A stretch of 40,094 bases of DNA from an uncultured Peptostreptococcaceae bacterium (GCA_964521745.1 CAZFTH010000001.1:1-40094), one strand, 5' to 3'. Counted from the stretch's first letter, positions 29,415 through 39,112 are shown. Translations and numbers: made by a program. Notes: generated by a model not told the origin, from the letters alone.

Positions 29415-30023
29415 TTACACTCTCCTTAATTCCTGTAACTCCGTAAATATTACAATAATAGTTCCTACTAGTACTGGCCCCAAAAGCAATACTGGCAGAC
29501 TCTTATCATCACTCAAAGCTGTATAGATAATATAAAAATTTCCAAGTAAAATACTGCTAAATTTAGCTATTATAGCGTTATATTTAAAGTAATCACCTTG
29601 ATGTAGTTTTATTATTACATTATTAGAAAAATAATAAATAGATGAATATACGATACTTAAAATAAATAAATTCTGTTTAGTTTTACTAAAAATATTAGTG
29701 CCAGTCGTTCCTTCATATAAAATAATTGTAACCATAATACTTAGTAATCCAAACGATATAATCAATATGTGAAAAAAAGAATATATTCCAAACCATATTT
29801 TATTTTTCTTTATTTTCACAGTTTCATTAAAATATTTCAATCCTATAATATCAACTAATCTGGCCAATAAATAAACAATTGTTAAATTAATCATCAAAGA
29901 ATTTACAAAACCTTTAATTATAATTGTATAGAAAACAATAAAAATTAAAAACTCAATAATTAGTACTATAATAATATCAAAATTTTTTTTTATAACATTC
30001 GAAATACTTCGAAATATTTCCAT
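29415..30023 (-). CDS. hypothetical polytopic membrane protein
   Basis: About six hydrophobic segments; GGGGGA RBS; last codons supplied by the IS end. Confidence 0.75.
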   Translation of the reverse strand: MEIFRSISNVIKKNFDIIIVLIIEFLIFIVFYTIIIKGFVNSLMINLTIVYLLARLVDIIGLKYFNETVKIKKNKIWFGIYSFFHILIISFGLLSIMVTIILYEGTTGTNIFSKTKQNLFILSIVYSSIYYFSNNVIIKLHQGDYFKYNAIIAKFSSILLGNFYIIYTALSDDKSLPVLLLGPVLVGTIIVIFTELQELRRV

Positions 30024-30685
30024 GCATCATCCCCCTAGATAAATAGCATTATAGAAAAAGTATATTTTCCCTAGATTTTCTATATTAAATTTATACCATC
30101 TCATTTTTCTATATAAAGCCAATAAATTTTGATATCTAATTATGATCTATCGATTAGCATAATGGCAAAGCCATTTAAGATAATTAACAATAACTTAATG
30201 TATATATATAAAACTTTTAAATTAATATTAGCATATTTTATATATATTTTACTATAACTAAAGGTATTATAGTTTTTCCATATTTTTTTGTAAATAATCA
30301 AAAGCTGTATTTATATATTAATAAGCTCTTCTATGCGACATAAAATATTTGAAAAAGAATGCTTGCATAGTAGAAATAGCAATCAACTGTTCTTCTTTTG
30401 ATATCTGAAATATAAAAATTAATCAATAACAAATCTTTGTTTTTAGATATAAAATTTTAATAAAATAAATCATTAAAAAGAATAAAGTAATGTATTTGTG
30501 AAACATATACTCGATTTTCTAAAGTTTTTTATTTGGATTTTCCTATCGAAAATACTATGCTTAATAATTTTTTTATAAAATTGTAGATATATGAAAATCA
30601 CAGATTTAGAGAAAATAAAAGTAGACTTAAATATGAAACTTCCCTTCTAATTGAGTGTTTTTACATTCTATTTTTTTGATTTTGT

Positions 30686-30815
30686 AGTTCCAAAAACGTT
30701 TAAATGCAATATAGTGGTATTTTGAATATGGTATGGGTTTTGAAACTCATTCTTCCTACATTTCAAATAATAAGTGAAGATAATAATTTTAATCCCAAAA
30801 ACGTACGTTTTTAGC
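30686..30815. promoter_or_regulatory. putative res site
   Basis: AGTTCCAAAA...TTTTGAAACT inverted pair and AAAAACGTACGTTTTT palindrome upstream of the resolvase. Confidence 0.5.
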
Positions 30816-30901
30816 ACTTCCATAAAGACCAACTGAAAAAGAAAACTGTTTTTTAGTTTTCTTTTGAAAGACGGTAGAAAATATTTTAAAGGAGAATCTA
30901 A

Positions 30902-31462
30902 ATGCTAATAGGATATGCAAGAGTTAGTACTCATGAACAAAATTTGGATAGACAAATAGATCAATTAAAAGAAGCTAAGTGTGAAAAAATATTTTGCGAA
31001 AAATTTACAGGCACTAAAAAAGAAAGACCAGAGTTAAATAATCTCATTGAACATATTAGACCTGGTGATACAATTATAATAACAGACTTAACAAGATTGA
31101 GTCGCTCCACTAAAGATTTGTTTAAAATAGTAGAACAAATAGAGCATAAAGGTGCAAATATCAAAAGTCTTAAAGAAATATGGATGGACACTACTACTCC
31201 CCAGGGAAAATTAATGTTTACGATTTTTTCTGGAATTAGTCAATTTGAAAGAGATTTAACAAGTCAAAGAACTAAAGAAGGATTATCAAGCGCAAGAGCA
31301 AGAGGAAGAAAAGGCGGCAGACCTTCTCATGAAAGTAGCAACATTGATTTAGCTCTCAAAATGTATTACAGTAACGAATATTCCCTATCAGAAATATCTA
31401 AAGCAACTGGTTTAAGTAAAACTACGTTGTATAGATATCTAAAAAGAAGGGAATCCATATAA
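30902..31462 (+). CDS. serine resolvase/invertase
   Basis: GYARVST, LTRLSRS, RGRKGGRP and C-terminal HTH. Confidence 0.95.
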   Translation: MLIGYARVSTHEQNLDRQIDQLKEAKCEKIFCEKFTGTKKERPELNNLIEHIRPGDTIIITDLTRLSRSTKDLFKIVEQIEHKGANIKSLKEIWMDTTTPQGKLMFTIFSGISQFERDLTSQRTKEGLSSARARGRKGGRPSHESSNIDLALKMYYSNEYSLSEISKATGLSKTTLYRYLKRRESI

Positions 31463-31656
31463 TGACAAAACGAAAAGGAAATTATAAAGGAAGACAACCT
31501 AAAAAAATACCGGTAGATTTTGAAACCTATTACAATAAATGGAAAAATAAAGAAATTACAGGAACTGAGTTTTGTAAAATTCTTGGATATAGCAGCCGTG
31601 GTTCAATGTATAAAATGGTTGAAAGGTATGAAAAAAAGAAAGGAATTAGAAAATGA
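31462..31656 (+). CDS. small HTH protein resembling a resolvase DNA-binding domain
   Basis: YKGRQP...ITGTEFCKILGYSSRGSMY. Confidence 0.6.
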   Translation: MTKRKGNYKGRQPKKIPVDFETYYNKWKNKEITGTEFCKILGYSSRGSMYKMVERYEKKKGIRK

Positions 31657-32375
31657 TATATAAAACATATAAAATAACATATGAAAAGCTTTCAAAAATT
31701 ATAGACTTGTCAATATTTAAAGATCATATAAATATTGGTAAGTCTTTTTCATTTCTAATAGAAGTAAATTCATATTCTAATGAAATAGAGTCGATAGAAA
31801 TTTGTGATGAAAATAGAACTCCCCTATTCTTATCTGGTGATTGTGATAGCATAATTGATGTTTATGATTATAAGGATACTTTGATTGGAGAAGTTCATCT
31901 TCCTTCTTTAAATAGAATAGATCAAAACAGTTCTCTCCTTGAATACAAAATAGACTATGGAAAAATTAATGGTCTTTTAAAATCATATATTGAAAATGTA
32001 TTTAAGAAAAAAATTTCTTATGAGGAATCTATAATAGATAGAAATGAAATAATATCAAGACTTCAAGAGATATTAATATCTGAAGAATATAATGAAGAAA
32101 TATTAAATATAACTGGATATGATACTTTAAATGATTTTTTTAAAAATATAACAAAAGACTTGAAAAACTATACACGAAAAAATTCTTCTACCTCCCCTAT
32201 TCCATATAATACTAACGAACAAGAATCAAGGCTAAATGTTAATGTAGAAAAATATACTTTTAATGAAGATTTGAAATCAAATGAACAAAACTCTATAAGT
32301 ACTTTGAAAACTAAAAGCACTATTGGAAGACTAGAATTCCTAAAAAATAGAATTAAGGAACTAAACGCTTTTTAG
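31653..32375 (+). CDS. hypothetical protein
   Basis: 240-aa ORF coupled by ATGA overlap. Confidence 0.65.
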   Translation: MIYKTYKITYEKLSKIIDLSIFKDHINIGKSFSFLIEVNSYSNEIESIEICDENRTPLFLSGDCDSIIDVYDYKDTLIGEVHLPSLNRIDQNSSLLEYKIDYGKINGLLKSYIENVFKKKISYEESIIDRNEIISRLQEILISEEYNEEILNITGYDTLNDFFKNITKDLKNYTRKNSSTSPIPYNTNEQESRLNVNVEKYTFNEDLKSNEQNSISTLKTKSTIGRLEFLKNRIKELNAF

Positions 32376-32391
32376 TATAAAATCTAAATCA

Positions 32392-32420
32392 TTGACATCA
32401 TGACACTATAGTGTTAATAT
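32392..32420 (+). promoter_or_regulatory. fic operon promoter with three 8-bp repeats
   Basis: TTGACA-17 bp-TAATAT; TGACATCA TGACACTA TAGTGTTA. Confidence 0.65.
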
Positions 32421-32479
32421 TTTGATATACTTTTTCAATACTTTAATACTTTATGACTGATTTTTTTAGGAGAAAAACT

Positions 32480-33190
32480 ATGATGTATTTACCAAGAGAA
32501 TATATTGATGATTTACTTGTACGAATAGCCTATCATTCCTCAGCTATTGAAGGTAATACTATATCCCTAGCAGATACAGTAACTATACTTCTTCATGAAA
32601 CTATACCAGGAAAAGTGAGCAAAAGAGAATTTTATGAGATAGAAAACCATAAACAAGCTCTTGAATATGTTATTAAACAGCTTGAAAATAACGAACCCCT
32701 ATCATTAAATATTGTTAGAGGGATTCATGAGCAGCTTATGGACCACCTTAATTTTGATAGAGGAATGTGGAAAACACATGATAATGCAATAGTAGGAGCT
32801 GATTTCAATACTGCATCTGCTCATGATGTTCCATATCTTATGAAACAATGGGTAGATAATTTAAACTATAGGTTAGAGCAATCTAAAACTGATCAAGAGA
32901 AAATTAAACATATTCTAGAAATGCATATAGATTTTGAAAGAATCCATCCATTCAGCGATGGTAATGGACGAACTGGAAGACTTTTAATCATTTACTCTTT
33001 ATTAGAACACGATATATCCCCTATCATAATACCTGTTGACTTAAAATCTGATTACATCAGATTCCTTGCTAAAAAAGATTCTCAAGGACTATATAATCTA
33101 CTCTACCCTATTATTTTAGAGGAAAGTAAACGTATAAAAGCTTTTGAAAACAAAGAAAAAACTAGTATAGGAAGTGATGATATTGAGTAA
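32480..33190 (+). CDS. fic: Fic-domain protein
   Basis: HPFSDGNGRTGR motif, N-terminal SSAIEGN; AGGAG RBS before ATG 32480. Confidence 0.92.
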   Translation: MMYLPREYIDDLLVRIAYHSSAIEGNTISLADTVTILLHETIPGKVSKREFYEIENHKQALEYVIKQLENNEPLSLNIVRGIHEQLMDHLNFDRGMWKTHDNAIVGADFNTASAHDVPYLMKQWVDNLNYRLEQSKTDQEKIKHILEMHIDFERIHPFSDGNGRTGRLLIIYSLLEHDISPIIIPVDLKSDYIRFLAKKDSQGLYNLLYPIILEESKRIKAFENKEKTSIGSDDIE

Positions 33191-33383
33191 ACAAAAAAAT
33201 GATGATTCAATATCCAAAGAAAAACAATCTAAAGGCAAGAAACAAATGTCTTATTACCTAACTCCTGATATTATAAAGAAACTATCTATAGCATCTGCAT
33301 ATTCAGGAAAAACATTATCAAATTTAGTTCAAGAAGCACTCGAAGAATATCTCGATAATGTTATTGAAGAAAATAAAGAATAA
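33174..33383 (+). CDS. ribbon-helix-helix protein
   Basis: KQMSYYL strand followed by two helices ending LVQEALEEYL. Confidence 0.8.
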   Translation: MMILSKQKNDDSISKEKQSKGKKQMSYYLTPDIIKKLSIASAYSGKTLSNLVQEALEEYLDNVIEENKE

Positions 33384-33395
33384 ATCATAAAAAAC

Positions 33396-33430
33396 GCGGT
33401 TTTTTCATTTATGAAAATAACTGCTTTTTT
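33396..33430 (+). terminator. intrinsic terminator
   Basis: GCGGTTTTTTCAT/ATGAAAATAACTGC then T6. Confidence 0.55.
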
Positions 33431-33471
33431 ATTGGTTTCTTTTTAAAAAACACAACATAGTTTTCAATTTG

Positions 33472-33650
33472 TTATGTGCGCATTTTTCAAATTAATGCAC
33501 ATTATAAATTGTTTTATGATTGTAAAATTTTATTTTGTGTGCATAAAACTTTGTGTCTTTGTGTCTTATGCGCTTTAAAATCCATTTTATGTGCATATAT
33601 TGAAAATAACGCTTGATTTCATGTGCGTATTTTGATATTATATGTGCATA
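33472..33650. repeat. putative parC centromere
   Basis: RTGTGCR at 33474, 33496 (inverted), 33537, 33589, 33621 and 33642. Confidence 0.6.
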
Positions 33651-33961
33651 AGGGGGCGATTAAAATAACTAATAAAAAATCAAAAATTAGATTTCATACC
33701 ACTCTAGATCAAGATGTATTTAATCTCTTGAAACAAGAAGCTGAAAAAGAAGGTCATAACAAAATAAATAAGGTTATCGAAAGAATAACAAGAGAGCATT
33801 TACCAGAAGGAAGAGACCTTTCCTCTACTCAACTAGAAATTATTTTAAATGAATTTAAAAAATTTATAGAGCAAAAAAATGTTAAAGAAAAAGAATCTAT
33901 AAAAGAAAATCAAGAATCAGAAACTGAAAATGTTTTAAAAAACATGAAACATAACTTTTAA
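33623..33961 (+). CDS. ParR-like RHH adaptor; start uncertain
   Basis: KIRFHTTLD strand plus helices; directly upstream of the actin-like gene. Confidence 0.6.
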   Translation: MRILILYVHKGAIKITNKKSKIRFHTTLDQDVFNLLKQEAEKEGHNKINKVIERITREHLPEGRDLSSTQLEIILNEFKKFIEQKNVKEKESIKENQESETENVLKNMKHNF

Positions 33962-33981
33962 TAATTAAATAGGAGGCTTGT

Positions 33982-34962
33982 ATGAAAATTTCAATAGATA
34001 TAGGTAATGGATATGTTAAAGCTATAAACGAAAATGAGGAAAAACTCCACTTCCCTACTGTTTTAAAACAAAATAACGATAAAAACATTCTTGGATTTAC
34101 TCAAAACGATTATAGTATAAATATAAATGGAACAGGTTTTTATGTTGGAGAATTAGCTCTTGCTAAGAGAGCTGCAAGACAATGGCAAAGTAATAAAACA
34201 GTTAACACTGATACTGAGATATATGTTTCATTATGCTCTCACCTACTTACACAAGATGAATCTCCAGAAATCGATACTTTATGTTTAGGATTACCATACA
34301 GCTACTATATAGAGCTTGATGGTGGAGAATTACTAAAAAAAGAACTATCTGGAAAAACAATAAGAACTATTTACAAAGACCAGGAAAAGAATATTAAAAT
34401 TAATAATGTTTCAGTATATCCTCAAGGAGTCGGTTCATATTTTTCTAACCTATATCATATTTCTGGCCAGCCAAAAGATGGTGCTGAAAAGCTTATAAAA
34501 TCTTTATTCCTTGATATAGGTTATAGAACAGTTGATGTAGTAGCTTTTGAATCTATAAATAACAATTTCGAACTAATTCAAGAAAACAGTTTTTCTCTAG
34601 AAGAATTTGGAATGTTCCAAGTAGCTAACTATATCAAAGATAGATTAGATATAGAATTTAGCTCTAATGAAATTGAATACGCACTTCAAAACAATAATTC
34701 AATTTTAGAAACTATGTATGGAGAACATGACATTTCTAGGTTAGCTCAAGAAGGATATATAGAATTAGCAAAAAAAATAACTACAGAAATTAATGTTAAG
34801 CTTTCAGGAGAAATTCAAAAATATAAAAATATATTCCTATCTGGTGGTGGAGCTATGAATCTTCACAATCAAATCAAAAAAACTTATCCTAATATCCAAG
34901 TTCAAGAAGATTTTGTATTTGGTAATGCTAGAGGATACTTAGCACTAGAAAACACCAAGTAA
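33982..34962 (+). CDS. parM: ParM/StbA actin-like ATPase
   Basis: IDIGNGYVK, PQG, LDIGYRTVD, LSGGGA and NARGY actin-fold motifs. Confidence 0.9.
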   Translation: MKISIDIGNGYVKAINENEEKLHFPTVLKQNNDKNILGFTQNDYSININGTGFYVGELALAKRAARQWQSNKTVNTDTEIYVSLCSHLLTQDESPEIDTLCLGLPYSYYIELDGGELLKKELSGKTIRTIYKDQEKNIKINNVSVYPQGVGSYFSNLYHISGQPKDGAEKLIKSLFLDIGYRTVDVVAFESINNNFELIQENSFSLEEFGMFQVANYIKDRLDIEFSSNEIEYALQNNNSILETMYGEHDISRLAQEGYIELAKKITTEINVKLSGEIQKYKNIFLSGGGAMNLHNQIKKTYPNIQVQEDFVFGNARGYLALENTK

Positions 34963-34967
34963 AGATT

Positions 34968-34992
34968 AAAGCAGCTAATAGCTGCTTTTTTT
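34968..34992 (+). terminator. intrinsic terminator
   Basis: GCAGCT-AAT-AGCTGC then T7. Confidence 0.8.
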
Positions 34993-35028
34993 AAATCTAT
35001 TTAGTAATAATAATATATGGAGGATAAA

Positions 35029-35367
35029 ATGGCAAATAGATATCGAAATAAAGATATACGCATTAGAGTAACTGAAGCAGAAAAAGAAATGATAAGGAAA
35101 AAAAGTTTAGCTGCCGGATTTGAATCAATAAATTCTTATGCTCATAAAATGTTGTTAAGTGGATTAGTCGTTAAAGTAGACTTGAAAGAACTTCTAGAAC
35201 TTAACAATGAAATTAATAAAATCGGAGTTAATATTAATCAAATATCATACAAGGCTAACTCTTCAAATAGAGTGACACTTGACGATATTTCAAAAGTTGA
35301 AAAACTGTTAAAAGAAGTTCAAAGTGTTCAATTTGAGATGCTAAAAAAACTATCTTTTAAGATCTAA
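35029..35367 (+). CDS. mobC: MobC relaxosome accessory protein
   Basis: MANRYRN...INKIGVNINQI; GGAGG RBS before ATG 35029. Confidence 0.9.
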   Translation: MANRYRNKDIRIRVTEAEKEMIRKKSLAAGFESINSYAHKMLLSGLVVKVDLKELLELNNEINKIGVNINQISYKANSSNRVTLDDISKVEKLLKEVQSVQFEMLKKLSFKI

Positions 35368-35380
35368 AAAGGAGTCTTTA

Positions 35381-36700
35381 ATGGCATACGTAAAAATAAA
35401 ACCTATACACTCTAATGTAGAAAAAGCTTTAAAATATATAACTAACTCTGAAAAAACATCAAACGGAATTTTAATTTCCTCATTTTCTTGTTCAACATTA
35501 CCTGAGATTGCAAAAAAAGAATTTGATTTAGTTGAGAAAACCTCTATACGAAAATTAAGAAATTCAGTGAAAGCAATGCATCTAATACAGTCCTTTTCCC
35601 CTGAAGACAATATTACTCCTGACCAAGCAAATAAAATTGGAAATTCCTTAGCTGAAGAAATTCTCAAAAGAAATTATCAATATATAGTATCTACACATAT
35701 AGATCAGAATCATATTCATAACCATATAATATTTAATACTACAAGCATCATAGATAATAAAAAATATCGCTCAAATAAGTACACCTATCAAAACATCCAA
35801 AAAATCAGCGATAAATTATGCAAAGAAAATGGTCTTTCAGTAATTCCTAAAAAAATAACTCAAAAAAAAGGAAAATCTTACAAAGAATATATAGAAACTC
35901 AAAAAGGTAATTCATGGAAAGAAGTTGTAAAAAATGATATTGATAACATTATTAGCAAATCCAGAACTTTTTCTGAGTTTATTGATGAAATGAAAAAACA
36001 AAACTATACAATAAAGCAAGGAAAATATATTTCTTTTAAGCATCCTAGCCAAGAAAGATTTACTCGAGGTAAAACTCTTGGTGAAAAATACTCTGAAGAA
36101 AGTATAAGATATAGAATAGAAAATCCAAATACTGTGGTTCTTAATAAAATGATTGAAATGAATGAAGGAAATAAAACTAAAGGAGCTGGTTTTAAGAGAT
36201 TTGCATCAAAGAAAAATATAGAGGAATTATCAAAAATGACTAGATTTATGTCTGATAATAATATTAATTCACTATCAGATTTTGAAAGACTTTATAAATC
36301 TAACTTAATTAAAATTAGTAATATTGAAGAAACTATGTATGATTTAAAAAATCAAATTGAAGAAAGAAATGCTACTATTAATGCAATTATCACCTGGAAA
36401 AAAACAAAAGATATCTATGATAAATATGTTTCATTGAAAGGATTAGAAAAAGAAAATTTCAAGATAGAAAATAAAGATGCTCTATTAAGACACGAAAAAG
36501 CAGTCCTTTATTTAAAAGAAAAATACTCAGGATCTAAGATACCAAAAATGTCTAACTTGAAAGAGGAAATATCAGAGTTAGAATCAAAATTAAAGGAAAA
36601 GAGCCTGTCTCATTATTCAGCTAAACAAGAATTTAAAGCTCTTTCCTCTCTAAAAAATAATATTAAAATAATTCTAAAGGATAGAAACTTATCTGTTTAG
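35381..36700 (+). CDS. MOB_P relaxase
   Basis: YITNSEKT, HLIQSF and HIDQNHIHNHIIFN motifs. Confidence 0.93.
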   Translation: MAYVKIKPIHSNVEKALKYITNSEKTSNGILISSFSCSTLPEIAKKEFDLVEKTSIRKLRNSVKAMHLIQSFSPEDNITPDQANKIGNSLAEEILKRNYQYIVSTHIDQNHIHNHIIFNTTSIIDNKKYRSNKYTYQNIQKISDKLCKENGLSVIPKKITQKKGKSYKEYIETQKGNSWKEVVKNDIDNIISKSRTFSEFIDEMKKQNYTIKQGKYISFKHPSQERFTRGKTLGEKYSEESIRYRIENPNTVVLNKMIEMNEGNKTKGAGFKRFASKKNIEELSKMTRFMSDNNINSLSDFERLYKSNLIKISNIEETMYDLKNQIEERNATINAIITWKKTKDIYDKYVSLKGLEKENFKIENKDALLRHEKAVLYLKEKYSGSKIPKMSNLKEEISELESKLKEKSLSHYSAKQEFKALSSLKNNIKIILKDRNLSV

Positions 36701-36718
36701 TTTAAAGAAATTTAATTG

Positions 36719-36745
36719 AAAAGCAGGTTTAATGGCCTGCTTTTT
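36719..36745 (+). terminator. intrinsic terminator
   Basis: AAAAGCAGGTT/GGCCTGCTTTT. Confidence 0.75.
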
Positions 36746-36943
36746 ATCTTTATATTGTAGCTAATCTTATGCATAAATTAAGCTTTAACAAAATTTTCCA
36801 GTTTGTAAATAGAATTAAATTCCATGCAAAGCCTTTCAGTTTTCAGAATTCAATTATATATTTCCTCCATTTTATTCTACCAGTTACAGCTTTATGTGTT
36901 TACTTTTCAATTTACTAATTTGAAGTTATTCTTTTATTTTTAC

Positions 36944-37630
36944 CTAGATAATAAAATTATATTTATTTAAATATTTTATTAGTTTCTTCCATTCTCTATT
37001 ATCCCAGACTCTTTTACCATTCTCTTCCTTACAAAGAATAAATTTATTACACTCTAATTTTTCAGTACAATATTGATTCAGGAATTCATCTATTTTTTTT
37101 TCTATTTTAGATATTTCTTCATTTTCATTTTTAATATATTCCTCAGTTTTATTTTTTTTCTCTACATATTTAAAAGCTTTGCTAAAAGAAATCTCTTGAA
37201 TTTCAACAATATCTTCAGACAATGCGTCGAATTTATTCTCATAGAAACGCCACTCTAATCCATTCGTATAAATCACTTTATTAAACCATAACAAGTGGCC
37301 AATTAACTGTTTCTGATCTTTGGTTCCATTATTAAGTATGCGTTTCCCTACCGCTTTGACTTCTACAGCCCCAAATAATTTATCTCTGATTATTTCATTT
37401 CTTGTTGGCGCAAAATCCTTATCTAATACTACAAAATCCGGAAAACCTCTTAACCCCCAGAACAACTTTGTTATTTTTGTGCGCGTCTGATTTCCAACAA
37501 ATCTCAACGAAAATTTCTTTAAAGCTTTTCTTTCTTTTAACACATTTGAGATAGCTGTATACAAATCATATTCTGTATTATTCTGCTTTTCTATCAACTC
37601 AATTTCAGATATGTACTCATCCCATTTCAT
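36944..37630 (-). CDS. stand-alone HsdR-N-like PD-(D/E)XK nuclease
   Basis: PDFVV, VEVK, QL and TNGLEWRFY motifs. Confidence 0.7.
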   Translation of the reverse strand: MKWDEYISEIELIEKQNNTEYDLYTAISNVLKERKALKKFSLRFVGNQTRTKITKLFWGLRGFPDFVVLDKDFAPTRNEIIRDKLFGAVEVKAVGKRILNNGTKDQKQLIGHLLWFNKVIYTNGLEWRFYENKFDALSEDIVEIQEISFSKAFKYVEKKNKTEEYIKNENEEISKIEKKIDEFLNQYCTEKLECNKFILCKEENGKRVWDNREWKKLIKYLNKYNFII

Positions 37631-37935
37631 GTCATATACCTCCTCTCCGGCCTAAATATCTACTCTCACAAATATAGATTTTTGTAGATTATCAAGTAAA
37701 TTTATTGGATTCCTTCAAATTTGTTTGAAAAATATAATTTTATAAAATAAAAACAAGAAGATTACTCAAAATGCATTTTCTTAATTCGATAATTAAACTA
37801 AGCTTGGAGAGAACCCAATATTAAGTGTAAATCAACAGGGTATAAGAATGTTTTTGGCTTAAGGATTATAAATGCTTGCTTAAAGAATTATTTGAGTAAC
37901 TTGTACGTAGAATTTATGTGAAAATTGATTTTATT

Positions 37936-39039
37936 CTAGGGATTACATCTTCCACAGGGTCTGTATTCAGAATCTATAGCATCTTCTCTATCTTTAAAAA
38001 TAATTCTATTGTGTTCTGCTGGAAGAGTATTACATGAGTCTAAATGAAAAACCTTTGAGTTTTTATTTCCGATATAAAATATTTCATTACTTTTATTTTC
38101 AGATTCTTTGTTTTCACTTATATTGATTTCTGAATTCTTTTCTGTTTTAACAATAACTTCAATTCTATTTGATATAACTAAAATTGTTCCATGAATATCA
38201 GTTTTATAGGTTTCTATGTTTTCATATTTTTTTATAATTTCTCTATGGGGATGTCCATAACTATTGTTTTCTCCTAGACTAAAAATAGCTATTTTAGGAT
38301 TAACAGCTTTTAAAAAACTATCTGTTGAAGAACTGCTACTTCCATGATGAGGAACTTTTAGTACATTGGCCCTTAAATCTATCCCTGAGTTTACCATTTC
38401 ATTTTCTGATGTAGCCTCTGCATCCCCTGTAAATATAAATGAATTATCTCCATGATTTAGTTTTATTCCAACTGAATAGTCATTTAAATTATTGTAACTT
38501 TCAGAAGAAGGTGAAATAATTATAAAATCAGAGTTTCCTAAAGTATATCTATCCCCTACTTTTGGAGCTTTTATTTTCAATCCATTATTTTTTATAGCTA
38601 ATAGAAAATCCTCATACGTTCTGGTAGTATGGGCAACTTTAGGCATAATAACCTTATCTATCTCAAATGCATTTATAACATCTGATAATCCCCCTATATG
38701 ATCTGCATGGGGATGTGTTGCTATAACATAATTTATATTATTTATTCCTTGTTTTTTTATGTAATCTACAACTCTTTCCCCATAAATATTATATCCCCCA
38801 TCTATTAAAATAGAGTAGTCTCCCTGAATTATAAGGGTTGAATCCCCTTGTCCAACATCAATAAAATGAACCTCAAGAATATCCTTTTCAAAGCTATTAT
38901 CTTTTTCCTCTTCAATATTATTAATATCATAAACTGTATTCGTTAAATCATGTTCTAAAGAATCATTAATTATAGAACTACATCCTGTAATAGTTAATGT
39001 TACTATTAACATTATTAACATCTTAATGCTTCTTTGCAT
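37936..39039 (-). CDS. ComEC/Rec2-like MBL-fold lipoprotein with C-terminal metal-binding domain
   Basis: Lipobox ITGC, DVGQGD, THPHADHIGG, HHGS, YGHPH and FH...C...PCGRC. Confidence 0.88.
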   Translation of the reverse strand: MQRSIKMLIMLIVTLTITGCSSIINDSLEHDLTNTVYDINNIEEEKDNSFEKDILEVHFIDVGQGDSTLIIQGDYSILIDGGYNIYGERVVDYIKKQGINNINYVIATHPHADHIGGLSDVINAFEIDKVIMPKVAHTTRTYEDFLLAIKNNGLKIKAPKVGDRYTLGNSDFIIISPSSESYNNLNDYSVGIKLNHGDNSFIFTGDAEATSENEMVNSGIDLRANVLKVPHHGSSSSSTDSFLKAVNPKIAIFSLGENNSYGHPHREIIKKYENIETYKTDIHGTILVISNRIEVIVKTEKNSEINISENKESENKSNEIFYIGNKNSKVFHLDSCNTLPAEHNRIIFKDREDAIDSEYRPCGRCNP

Positions 39040-39112
39040 AAACCTCTCCTAACTTTCATAAAATATAAATTTTCCTAATATTATTGTCTCCATGATGGTG
39101 AATTAACAATAA

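Larger units (their letters stand above)
27948..29424 (-). mobile_element. IS256-family element, decayed
   Basis: Imperfect terminal IRs (AGTGTAAA...TTTGTGT); 8-bp flanks CTTAGTTC and CTTAATTC. Confidence 0.88.

Noticed and set aside
30024-30680. Long AT-rich gap
   Set aside because: No convincing ORF, repeat or structure seen
37757-37903. Distant inverted pair TTACTCAAA/TTTGAGTAA
   Set aside because: Short, AT-rich and without supporting internal structure
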